Assembly (NCBI GenBank): GCA_046759925.1
Contig: JBHIDD010000001.1
Span: 1-36,590 of the forward strand
Direction of reading: 5' to 3'
DNA from: Kiloniellaceae bacterium
GTDB lineage: Bacteria > Pseudomonadota > Alphaproteobacteria > Kiloniellales > J153
DNA: 36,590 bases
Numbering within the stretch: the first letter of the stretch is position 1; each line of letters starts with the position of its first letter. The translations under genes were made by a program, and so were the position numbers. The notes under the pieces were generated by a model that did no database searches, had not been told where the DNA came from, and saw nothing but the letters and a program-made list of their open reading frames with translations. This document shows positions 8,366 to 17,159 of this stretch, in pieces.

Positions 8366-9165
8366 CGTCGGTCTCCCGCTGTCGTCGTCCGGCCCCGTCG
8401 CGGCCGCGAAGCCGGCGCAAAGCTGGCCCGGCCGGCAGCCGATGTCAACGGGGTGCCGCCCTTCATATATGCGCTGTCCCGCCACGGATCACGCAAAGTT
8501 CCGCGGCCACCGCTCAAGAGCCGGCACAGCCGCCGGGCGCAGTCACCCGTACCACCCTATTATGAGAGAGGGCACCAGACCGGGTGCGGAACGTGTTCCG
8601 CGCGACTCGGGCGACTCGGGGAGCAACCGAGTCGCGCCCCAAGGCGGCTGTGCGGCCGCCGACGGCGGTCCGATTCACCGCCCCACGCACTTGCCGTAAG
8701 GCCTTGTCAAGTCTATCTTTTCCGGCCGCTTCCGGCGGCGCCGCACGGCTTCGGCCCGGCTTGCTTTACTTCATTTTCAAAGCAACATAAAAATTCCCAC
8801 AAGAACCCGGGACTTGGGCCGGTCAGGCGCGTTGGCCTGGACCCATAAACCGGCAACGGGCCGGAGGGCGTCCGGGAGACCCTCATCGAACCTGGCGATG
8901 GAAGCTGCGCGCCGGCACGCCGGCGGCCGAGGTAGCGTTGGTGCGAGCGGTGGCGCGGAGGGGTGCACGTGTCCGAGGGTGATCAATTGGGTGATCGGCA
9001 ACGTGGAAGACCCGCCGGTGGCTCCGCCGGGCTGCACCCGTGTGGCCGCGGTGGGCGCGGCGTAGTGCGCCTGTGGCAATCGTTCGGGACCCCGCGCCCG
9101 TGACGGGTGCCGTGAAAGGGATCCCGCGGACAATCGCTCTTAAGATGGATGGAAAGGTGATAGGC

Positions 9166-9468
9166 ATGGATTTCCTCAGCTTCTTGGTTCTGCTGGTCAT
9201 CAGCGTGGTGGTCTCCGGAGTGTTGCACTTCGGCTTCAAGTACTATGCCACCCCGGGATTCTGGTCGTTCTTGTCCAAATGTGTCGTCGGGTGGCTCGGC
9301 GCCTGGCTGGGACCGCAGGTCCTCGGCAACTGGTGGACGGGCGTGGCAGTCGGACAGGTCTTTATCGTGCCGGCCGTCTTGGGCTCGGCTGCCATGCTGG
9401 TCGTGGTCGTCGACGTCGCCAAGATGTGGATGGGTTCCGCCGCCGGCGGCGGTGGCTCCACGACCTAA
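9166..9468 (+). CDS. GlsB/YeaQ/YmgE-family (transglycosylase-associated) small membrane stress protein
   Basis: 100 aa: MDFLSFLVLLVISVVVSGVLHF...GFWSFLSKCVVGWLGAWLGPQVLG......VPAVLGSAAMLVVV. It has three hydrophobic helices and the family's G-rich pattern. AAGGTGA lies 6-7 nt upstream of ATG 9166. Confidence 0.75.
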   Translation: MDFLSFLVLLVISVVVSGVLHFGFKYYATPGFWSFLSKCVVGWLGAWLGPQVLGNWWTGVAVGQVFIVPAVLGSAAMLVVVVDVAKMWMGSAAGGGGSTT

Positions 9469-10066
9469 GCCGATTGATCCGAGCTCCGGCGCCCGGCCGG
9501 CAACGCTCGCGGCTTGGCCGCGTTTATTGGCCGGTGACCCGGCGCGAAATCGGAGCCGCCGCTTAGCGTCGTAAGAGCAGCGGACGGCAGCGGGCCTAGC
9601 CCTTCGCCGGCCTGTCCGCATGCCGGTCGGTCACGCGAAAAACTGGCGGGCTTTGCCCGGACATGGCCAAACGGGGCACCGGGCGGGCTTGACGACGTAC
9701 GGCGACCGGTCGGAAGGGGCGTGACGCCGGAGCATCCGGATTCTGCGAATTCGGATCGCCACTGCGCGAGCCGGAGCGTGGATGAATGTGGCGCATCTCG
9801 CCGCCCGGATTGGCGCGACCTGCCCGCAGCACGACATATGCGCGGCGAGGCAGACGCCGCCGGCGCCCCGTTCCCCAGCGGCCTTCCGGCGGCGAACCGC
9901 GCCCGGCAGGAAGTTGCCGAGCGTTTGGAGTCCCGTCGTGATGGCGCAACACGGGTCAACCACGACCCGTGACGGACCGGCTGGTGTTGTGCCGTCCGGG
10001 GGCGGCGCCTAAAGTCTGCTTCCGGGGGCACTGCCCCCGGTTCCATTGCGACGGGACCTTTTCGCC

Positions 10067-11458
10067 ATGGCCGAGACGCTCGCCTGCATGACCCCGGTGG
10101 ACGGCAGCCGTTACGTGGAGCGGCCCTTGGCCTCCGATGCCGAGGTCGGGCAAGCCGTCGGTCGCGCGCGCGAAGCCCAGGCGGCCTGGCGGCACGTGGC
10201 GCTCGGCGAGCGCCAGGCGTTGCTTGGCAAGGCGGTCGACGCTTTCGTCGCCAGGGCCCCGGAGATCGCCGAGGAAATCTCCTGGCAGATGGGCCGGCCG
10301 GTCGCGCAGAGCCCGGGCGAGATCCGCGGCTTCGAGGAACGGGCCCGGCACATGATCGCGACCGCGCCGGAGGCGCTGCAAGACATCGCCTTGGCCCCCA
10401 AGGACGGTTTCTCGCGTTTCATTCGGCGCGCGCCGCTGGGCGTGGTCTTCGTCGTCGCGCCCTGGAACTACCCTTATCTCACCGCGGTCAATTCGGTCGT
10501 GCCCGCGCTGATGGCGGGCAACGCGGTCATCCTCAAGCATTCGGCCCAGACGCCGCTCTGCGCCGAGCGTATCGCCGAGGCCTTCGAGGCCGCCGGCCTG
10601 CCGGAGGGCGTGTTCCAGTATCTGCACTTGAGCCACGAGGCCGCGGCCAAACTGATCGGCAGCGACGGGATCGATTTCGTCGCCTTCACCGGCTCGGTGG
10701 CCGCCGGCCATGCGGTCCAGGAGGCGGCCGCCAAGCGGTTCATCGGCGTCGGGCTGGAGCTCGGCGGCAAGGACCCCGCCTACGTGCGCGCCGACGCAAA
10801 TCTGGAGCACGCGGTCGAGAACCTGGTCGACGGCGCGTTCTTCAATTCCGGGCAATCTTGCTGCGGTATCGAGCGGATCTACGTCCACGCGCAGGTTTAC
10901 GACGGCTTCGTCGAGGGCGCGGTGGCGCTTGCGCGCGCTTACAAGCTGGGCAACCCGCTGGAGGCCGAGACGACCCTCGGCCCCATGGTGCGCGCCCGGG
11001 CGGCGGACTTCGTACGCGGCCAGATCCGCGAGGCGCTCGCCGCCGGCGCCGAGGCGCTGATCGAACCCAAGTCGTTTGCCGCCGATCAAGAAGGCACACC
11101 CTATCTGGCGCCGCAGATTCTCACGCAAGTCGACCATTCCATGCGGGTCATGACCGAGGAAAGCTTCGGCCCGGTGGTCGGCATCATGAAGGTGGCCTCC
11201 GACGAGGAGGCCGTCGAACTGATGAACGACAGCCCCTTCGGCCTCACCGCCTCGATCTGGACCAGCGACGAGGCGGCGGCGATCCGGATCGGGGAGCGGG
11301 TGGAGACCGGGACCTGGTTCATGAACCGATGCGATTATCTGGACCCGGGGCTGGCCTGGACCGGGGTCAAGAAATCCGGGCGCGGCTGCTCGCTTTCCCG
11401 GGTCGGCTACGAACAGCTCACCCGGCCCAAGTCGTTCCACCTGCGCACCGCGGTCTAA
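10067..11458 (+). CDS. NAD(P)+-dependent aldehyde dehydrogenase family protein
   Basis: It has the ALDH motifs VAPWNYP, ELGGKDP and FFNSGQSCCGIERIYV (catalytic Cys), plus EESFGPV. The first ATG is at 10067. The track start at 10046 is a TTG, and ATG 10088 is also possible. Confidence 0.85.
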   Translation: MAETLACMTPVDGSRYVERPLASDAEVGQAVGRAREAQAAWRHVALGERQALLGKAVDAFVARAPEIAEEISWQMGRPVAQSPGEIRGFEERARHMIATAPEALQDIALAPKDGFSRFIRRAPLGVVFVVAPWNYPYLTAVNSVVPALMAGNAVILKHSAQTPLCAERIAEAFEAAGLPEGVFQYLHLSHEAAAKLIGSDGIDFVAFTGSVAAGHAVQEAAAKRFIGVGLELGGKDPAYVRADANLEHAVENLVDGAFFNSGQSCCGIERIYVHAQVYDGFVEGAVALARAYKLGNPLEAETTLGPMVRARAADFVRGQIREALAAGAEALIEPKSFAADQEGTPYLAPQILTQVDHSMRVMTEESFGPVVGIMKVASDEEAVELMNDSPFGLTASIWTSDEAAAIRIGERVETGTWFMNRCDYLDPGLAWTGVKKSGRGCSLSRVGYEQLTRPKSFHLRTAV

Positions 11459-11484
11459 CCGAAGACCGCGAGGACCAGACATCG

Positions 11485-12663
11485 ATGAGCCTCGATCCGA
11501 GCCCACTCGGCGGTACCTGGAGCTTTCCGACCCAGATCCGCTTCGGCCTCGGCCGGATCAAAGAGCTCGCCGGGGCCTGCCGCAGCCTCGGCATGGCCCG
11601 GCCGCTGCTGGTCACCGATCCGGGCCTGGCCGAGCTTCCCATGGTGCGCGACGCGCTTGCCGCCAACGAGGCCGCGGGGTTGCCGACCGGCCTGTTCACC
11701 GGCGTCAAGCCGAACCCGGTGGGCCGGAACGTGGGCGACGGTCTCGAGGCCTTCCGCCGAGGCGGCCACGACGGCGTCATCGGGTTCGGCGGCGGTAGCG
11801 GGCTGGACGCCGCCAAGGCGATCGCCTTCATGGCCGGGCAGAGCCAACCGATGTGGGACTTCGAGGACCGGGGCGACAACTGGAAGGCCGCCGACGCGCA
11901 AGGCATCGCACCGATCGTCGCGGTGCCGACCACGGCGGGCACCGGCTCCGAGGTGGGCCGGGCCTCGGTCATCCTGGACGAGGCGAGCCAGACCAAGAAG
12001 GTCATCTTCCATCCCAAGATGCTGCCCGGAATCGTGATCTCCGATCCGGCGCTGACCGTCGGCCTGCCGCCGCAGATCACGGCGGCGACCGGCATGGACG
12101 CGCTGGCCCACTGCCTCGAGGCCTACTGCGCGCCGGGCTATCACCCCATGGCCGAGGGCATCGCGGTCGAGGGCATGCGCCTCATCAAGGGCTGGCTGCC
12201 GAAGGCGGTGGCCGACGGGACCGACCTGGCGGCGCGAGCCAACATGCTGGCCGCCGCGAGCATGGGCGCGACCGCCTTCCAGAAGGGCCTGGGCGCGATC
12301 CATTCGCTCAGCCACCCGGTGGGCGCGCTTTACGATACCCACCACGGGCTCACCAACGCCGTGGTCATGCCCTACGTGCTGGCCTACAACCGCGCCGCGA
12401 TCGAGGACAAGCTGACCCGCCTTGCCGCCTGGCTGGACCTGCCGAACCCGTCGTTCCAGGCGGTCATGGACTGGGTGCTGGCGCTCAGGCGCGCGCTTGC
12501 GATCCCGCATACGCTCAAAGACCTCGGCGTCGGCGACGAGCGCCTGGACGAGCTTTCCGAGATGGCCGCCCGGGACCCGACCGCGCCGGGCAATCCGATC
12601 CCGGTCGGCGTGCCGGAGCTCAAGACCATGTACCTCGCCGCGCTCGAGGGCCGGCTGGCGTAG
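11485..12663 (+). CDS. Iron-containing (group III) alcohol dehydrogenase
   Basis: 392 aa starting at MSLDPS. It has the Fe-ADH motifs GFGGGSGLDAAKAIA, AVPTTAGTGSE and the His cluster (DALAHCLEAY ... IHSLSHPVG). It starts 26 nt after the ALDH stop, so the two are probably an operon. Confidence 0.9.
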   Translation: MSLDPSPLGGTWSFPTQIRFGLGRIKELAGACRSLGMARPLLVTDPGLAELPMVRDALAANEAAGLPTGLFTGVKPNPVGRNVGDGLEAFRRGGHDGVIGFGGGSGLDAAKAIAFMAGQSQPMWDFEDRGDNWKAADAQGIAPIVAVPTTAGTGSEVGRASVILDEASQTKKVIFHPKMLPGIVISDPALTVGLPPQITAATGMDALAHCLEAYCAPGYHPMAEGIAVEGMRLIKGWLPKAVADGTDLAARANMLAAASMGATAFQKGLGAIHSLSHPVGALYDTHHGLTNAVVMPYVLAYNRAAIEDKLTRLAAWLDLPNPSFQAVMDWVLALRRALAIPHTLKDLGVGDERLDELSEMAARDPTAPGNPIPVGVPELKTMYLAALEGRLA

Positions 12664-12936
12664 CTCGTCACGGAGGCTGGCCCGCTGGAACCCGCTGAAG
12701 CAGCGTTTCCGCGCGGCTTACCGCTCCCTAGCGCCGCCAGCCCTTCGGATGTAGCATTCGAGACAGCCATGAGTGTCTCGTAACCGGACGGGGTGGGGAG
12801 GGAGATGGAGCGATGGCTTGCAGTGTGCGATCCGGGCCAAAAATGAACAAAATAGCCCACCGTCCCGGCGTGTCGCCCGGCAAGCATTGCCGGCATTTTC
12901 CAAATCAAAGGAGCCGGGCCGTCGAGGCTCGTACCA

Positions 12937-14136
12937 ATGGCTAAACGCATCCCAGCAGTGATCAAACCGGAGCTTCTCGTATGGGCACGAGAATCCGCCG
13001 GATACTCGGTTGAAGAGGTCGCCAAGAAGCTCAAGAAACAGCCGGAAATTATAGCCGCCTGGGAATCGAAATCCGGCGAGGATCGCCCCTTCATGGGCCA
13101 GCTGCGACGCCTCGCCGAAATCTACAATCGTTCGTTGTCTGATTTTTATTTGCCGAAACCGCCTAAAGAGGGTGCCATTCCGCACGATTTCCGGCGCTCG
13201 CCGGGGGAGGTGGCGCTCGTGTATTCCCCTGCCCTGCGACGCCAGTTGCGCTTGGCACAAAAGCGGCGCGAGCTTGCGCTCTCGCTTTATGAAGAACTGG
13301 CCGAGCAGATTCCCACCATCTCGGATCGCGTATCCGCGACCGCCGACGCCGAAGCAGTTGGTGCGCGAGTCCGTGAGTTCTTAGATGTTGATTTCGCCGA
13401 GCAGAAGCGGTGGGGCGACGGCAGGCCAGCCTACAATGCTTGGCGTCGGCGCATCGAAGCCCTTGGCGTTCTCGTCTTTCAGTTTGAGAATGTCTCACCG
13501 CATGAAGCTTGGGGCTTCTCGATCGTTGAAGGCTCGCTCCCTGTCATCGCGATCAATAGGAAGCTCGCTCCGAACGGGCGCACCTTCACGATGCTGCATG
13601 AGTTCGTCCATGTCCTGTTGGGCGAAAGCAGCACCTGTGACATCGATGACTTCACACCGCGCCGCGAGCAGGAAATGCAGGTCGAGATTTTTTGCAGTCG
13701 CGTCGCCGCCGCTGCGCTCATGCCGGGTCGAATTTTCCGCGCGCACGAGGTGGTCACCGCACATCCTAAGGATGCCAGGCAGTGGGATGACGACGAGATC
13801 AGGTCAATTGCACGCACCTTCGGTGTCAGTCGCGAAGCTGTGGTCCGGCGGCTCGAGACGTTTGGTTTAGCGACCACAGCCTTCTATCTACGGAAACGCA
13901 GTCAATACCAAAGGGAAAGAGAGGAACAGCGGAAGAAGGAACTCGAGGCATCCAAAGATAAGCCTATGAAGCGCAATATGCCTCAAGAGGCCGTCGGCAA
14001 TCTGGGACGCCGCTACGTCAACCTGATTCTCCAGAACTACCAAGAAGACCGGATCACCCTCATGGACGCTTCGGAATATCTCGGCGTACGCGCCGAGAAG
14101 GTTCGCGCGGTCGAGGATCTAGCGACGAGTTGGTGA
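12937..14136 (+). CDS. Fused XRE-like HTH / ImmA-IrrE family (M78, COG2856-like) zinc metalloprotease
   Basis: 399 aa. The N-terminus (LLVWARESAGYSVEEVAKKLKKQPEIIAAWESKSGEDRPFMGQLRRLAEIYNRSLSDFYL) is HTH-like. The HEXXH motif HEFVH lies at 13597-13611 in the context TFTMLHEFVHVLLGE. The region is visibly lower in GC than its neighbours. Confidence 0.8.
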   Translation: MAKRIPAVIKPELLVWARESAGYSVEEVAKKLKKQPEIIAAWESKSGEDRPFMGQLRRLAEIYNRSLSDFYLPKPPKEGAIPHDFRRSPGEVALVYSPALRRQLRLAQKRRELALSLYEELAEQIPTISDRVSATADAEAVGARVREFLDVDFAEQKRWGDGRPAYNAWRRRIEALGVLVFQFENVSPHEAWGFSIVEGSLPVIAINRKLAPNGRTFTMLHEFVHVLLGESSTCDIDDFTPRREQEMQVEIFCSRVAAAALMPGRIFRAHEVVTAHPKDARQWDDDEIRSIARTFGVSREAVVRRLETFGLATTAFYLRKRSQYQREREEQRKKELEASKDKPMKRNMPQEAVGNLGRRYVNLILQNYQEDRITLMDASEYLGVRAEKVRAVEDLATSW

Positions 14137-14138
14137 TA

Positions 14139-14603
14139 ATGGCCGAGGCCATCAGCTATAGCATCGATACAAGCGCTCTGATCAACTGGTGGATTGAGGA
14201 CTACAGCCCTGACGTTTTCCCCGGTCTCGTCCCAAAATTGCAAGGCTTGATCGCTGAAGGCCGTTTGCGGGCGATCCGTAGCGTCAAGGACGAGCTCGCC
14301 GAGGGTGATCTTCGGAAGTGGTGTTTGGACCAGCCGGATTTCTTCGCTGAGGAAGACCAGGATATTCAGCGGCGAGTGGCGGAATTGATGGCTGCATATC
14401 AAAATCCTAAGAAGGCGCGTGGTATCGACAAGGCTGACCCATTTGTTATTGCATTAGCTGATATCAACGGCTGGTATGTCGTTTCGGCCGAGCAAGGTGG
14501 AAGCCTCGCGAATAGACCAAGTATACCGATCGTATGCGGCGCAATCGGCGTCAAGCATGTCCGCTTTTTCGATATGCTGCGCCAGGAGGGATGGCGGCTT
14601 TGA
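14139..14603 (+). CDS. DUF4411-family PIN-like putative nuclease
   Basis: 154 aa: MAEAISYSIDTSALINWW......VKDEL......ADPFVIALADINGWYVVSAEQ....NRPSIPIVCGAIGVKHVRFFDMLRQEGWRL. It matches the DUF4411 pattern as I remember it. The ATG is 2 nt after the ImmA-like TGA (TGATAATG); GTG 14133 and TTG 14130 are alternative starts. Confidence 0.7.
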   Translation: MAEAISYSIDTSALINWWIEDYSPDVFPGLVPKLQGLIAEGRLRAIRSVKDELAEGDLRKWCLDQPDFFAEEDQDIQRRVAELMAAYQNPKKARGIDKADPFVIALADINGWYVVSAEQGGSLANRPSIPIVCGAIGVKHVRFFDMLRQEGWRL

Positions 14604-14634
14604 CTGCTGATGTTCCGATCGACAAGCCGCATTA

Positions 14635-15780
14635 ATGCCCCACATAACACGCAGCCTACCGGCCCTTTGGCTTTCGTGTGTCGGACTCGCGCTTGCCGCC
14701 TGTTCGCCGACGCGGGCGGTCGAGGCCTGGCGCCTGCTCGGCGACCTGGCCGCGGGGCCCGCGCCCAGCGCGCTCAAGGAGGTCACCCCCGAACCGCGGC
14801 GCCGCGCGCTGGCCTACCGCATCGACGGCCGGGAACGCACAGGCGATCTCTACCGGCCGGGCGATCGAGCGAAAGCCGCCTTGGTCCTGGTCCCCGGGGC
14901 CGCGCCCGAGGGCAAGGACGATCCACGGCTCGTCGCCTTCGCCATGACCCTGGCACGGGCGCGATTCGCCGTCCTGGTCCCGGAGATCGAAAACCTGCGC
15001 GATCTCAACGTGGATCCGGCCGACGCCCGGGTCATCGCCGACGCCGTCCGGCACCTCGCCGCGCTGAGCGGAACGGGGGTGCCGCCTGCGGTCGGGCTCA
15101 TCGCCATTTCCTACGCCGCCGGCCCCGCCGTGCTGGCCGCCTTGCAGGAGGACGCCCGCGACCATGTGCGCTTCGTCATGGCGATCGGCGGCTACTACGA
15201 CATCGAGGCGGTGGTGACCTTTTTCACCACCGGATATTTCCGCGACGGGGCGGAGATTTCCTGGCGCCACCGGGCGCCCAATGCCTACGGCAAGTGGGTC
15301 TTCGTGCGGAGCAACGCCCGGCGCCTCGAGGACGCCCGCGACCGGGTGCTTCTCAGCGCCATGGCGGCGCGCAAGCTGCGCGACCTCACCGCGGAGATCG
15401 GCGATCTCGCGGCCAAGCTCGGGGCCGAAGGCCGGGCGGTCTACGCCCTGCTGGTCAACGCGGATCCCGAGGCCGTGCCGGCCCTGATCGCGCGGCTGCC
15501 CGCGGCGGTCCGTGCCGACATGGCGGCGCTCGACCTCAAACGGCGGGACCTCTCGAAGCTGGCGGCCAGGCTGATCCTGGTCCACGGGCGCGAGGACGCC
15601 ATCATCCCCTACAGCGAAAGCAAGGCGCTGGCCGGCACCTTGCCCGATAGCCGGGTGACCTTGTACCTGGTGGACAACCTGGCCCATGTGGACCTCAGCC
15701 CCGGCGGCATGATCGACGCCCTGAGGCTGTGGCAAGCGGCCTACCGGCTGCTCGCCGAGCGCGACGCCGGTTCGGGTTGA
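14635..15780 (+). CDS. Alpha/beta-hydrolase-fold lipoprotein (function unknown)
   Basis: The N-terminus MPHITRSLPALWLSCVGLALAAC has a lipobox (LAAC). The C-terminus is LILVHGREDAIIPYSESKALA...LAHVDL, and AISYAAG is a possible nucleophile elbow. Amino-acid composition is normal, unlike the overlapping 393-aa and 346-aa shadow ORFs. Confidence 0.65.
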   Translation: MPHITRSLPALWLSCVGLALAACSPTRAVEAWRLLGDLAAGPAPSALKEVTPEPRRRALAYRIDGRERTGDLYRPGDRAKAALVLVPGAAPEGKDDPRLVAFAMTLARARFAVLVPEIENLRDLNVDPADARVIADAVRHLAALSGTGVPPAVGLIAISYAAGPAVLAALQEDARDHVRFVMAIGGYYDIEAVVTFFTTGYFRDGAEISWRHRAPNAYGKWVFVRSNARRLEDARDRVLLSAMAARKLRDLTAEIGDLAAKLGAEGRAVYALLVNADPEAVPALIARLPAAVRADMAALDLKRRDLSKLAARLILVHGREDAIIPYSESKALAGTLPDSRVTLYLVDNLAHVDLSPGGMIDALRLWQAAYRLLAERDAGSG

Positions 15781-16051
15781 GGACCCCTGGCCGAAGCCCG
15801 TGACTGGCCCGGCGATCCCCAGGCCCTGCCGGAACACCGATTCGGCCCGAGACGGCCTGGAAATAAAATTACCGCGAGCCGGCCAAAACCGAGCCCTTCG
15901 AACCCTGAGCGGCCGCTTTATCTAAAATTCTGTCTTTTTAAGCTCCCTTAAACGATTGTTATTGAAAGATTTTTAAATTGACGACATCTCTGCAAAAAGA
16001 TGCGGCGCCGGCCCGCGGATTCGGCCAGGCGCGGCTGACCACGAGGTCGCC

Positions 16052-17110
16052 ATGTCGATGTTCGACCATCCGGAATTCGCCGACCACGAGCAGGTCGTGT
16101 ACGGCCGCGACGCCGGGAGCGGCCTGAAGGCCATCATCGCCATCCACGACACCAGACGAGGACCCGCCGTCGGCGGCTGCCGCATGTGGCCGTATGCCAC
16201 GGAAGACGAGGCGCTGACCGATGCCCTGCGCCTGGCCCGCGGCATGACTTACAAGTCGGCGCTTGCGGACCTGCCCTACGGCGGCGGCAAGTCGGTCATC
16301 ATCGGCGATCCGCACACCATGAAGTCCGACGACCTGTTCCGCGCCATGGGCCGCTTCGTCGAGTCGCTCGGCGGGCGCTACATCGTCGCCGAGGACGTCG
16401 GGATTTCGGTCGACGACGTCGAGGTGATGGGGCGTGAAACCAGACACGTGGCGGGAACCCGGGCGGGCGGCGCCGGGGATCCGTCGCCGTCCACGGCCTA
16501 CGGCGTCTTCATGGGCATCCGCGCGGCGGTCGCGCACAAGCTGGCCAAGAGCTCGCTCGAGGGCATACGCGTGGCGGTCCAGGGCTTGGGCCACGTCGGT
16601 TATCGCCTGTGCCGCTATCTGACCGGCGACGGGGCCAAGCTGACCGTCACCGACATCGACCGGGCCGAGGTCGAGCGCGCCGCCCAGGACTTCGACGCCC
16701 GGGTCGTCCAGCCGGACCGCATCTACGGCGTCGAGGCCGAGGTCTTCGCGCCCTGCGCGTTGGGCGCGATCCTCAACGACGAGACGATTCCCCGGCTCAA
16801 AGCAAAGATCGTCGCGGGCTCCGCCAACAACCAGTTGGCCGAGCCGCGCCACGGCGCGGAGCTGACCCGGCGCGGCGTACTGTACGCCCCCGACTACGTC
16901 ATCAACGCGGGCGGCATCATCCATATCAGCCACGAGGGACCGTCCTACGACAAGGCCGAGGCGGTCGACCACGTGGCCAGGATTCACGACACCCTGCGCG
17001 AGATCTTCAGCCGCGCCGATGCATCGGGCATCCCGACCTCGGAAGCCGCCGACCGGCTCGCCGAGGAGCGCTTGAAGAACCTCCCCGTGGCAGCGCACGC
17101 GGCGGCCTGA
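16052..17110 (+). CDS. Glu/Leu/Phe/Val dehydrogenase family protein (leucine/valine dehydrogenase-like)
   Basis: 352 aa containing [47 protein letters not shown] (catalytic Lys motif) and the Rossmann motif [11 protein letters not shown]. Confidence 0.85.
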   Translation: MSMFDHPEFADHEQVVYGRDAGSGLKAIIAIHDTRRGPAVGGCRMWPYATEDEALTDALRLARGMTYKSALADLPYGGGKSVIIGDPHTMKSDDLFRAMGRFVESLGGRYIVAEDVGISVDDVEVMGRETRHVAGTRAGGAGDPSPSTAYGVFMGIRAAVAHKLAKSSLEGIRVAVQGLGHVGYRLCRYLTGDGAKLTVTDIDRAEVERAAQDFDARVVQPDRIYGVEAEVFAPCALGAILNDETIPRLKAKIVAGSANNQLAEPRHGAELTRRGVLYAPDYVINAGGIIHISHEGPSYDKAEAVDHVARIHDTLREIFSRADASGIPTSEAADRLAEERLKNLPVAAHAAA

Positions 17111-17159
17111 CGGGCGCTACCGGCCCGGTTCGGCCGGGCGCGCGTAACGGCCCCAAGCG

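Noticed and set aside
8855-8900. A possible cobalamin riboswitch B12 box (gtccgggagaccctc resembles GCCAGGAGACCTGCC)
   Set aside because: The other conserved cobalamin-riboswitch elements (the GGGAA / GGTG.AA..CC core and the upstream paired regions) are not present nearby. There is also no B12-related downstream gene.
9040-9165. The N-terminal extension of the glsB-like ORF (track ORF 9040-9468, 142 aa)
   Set aside because: The extension is Arg/Pro/Ala-rich and not homologous to the family, whose members are ~80-100 aa. A good Shine-Dalgarno sequence precedes ATG 9166.
9956-12698. ORFs 9956-11506 (-), 10858-11484 (the 5' part of the 601-aa + ORF), 11455-12510 (-) and 11853-12698 (+)
   Set aside because: They are shadow frames over the ALDH and Fe-ADH genes. 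The 601-aa ORF is credible only from ATG 11485 onward; upstream it overlaps the ALDH gene in another frame.
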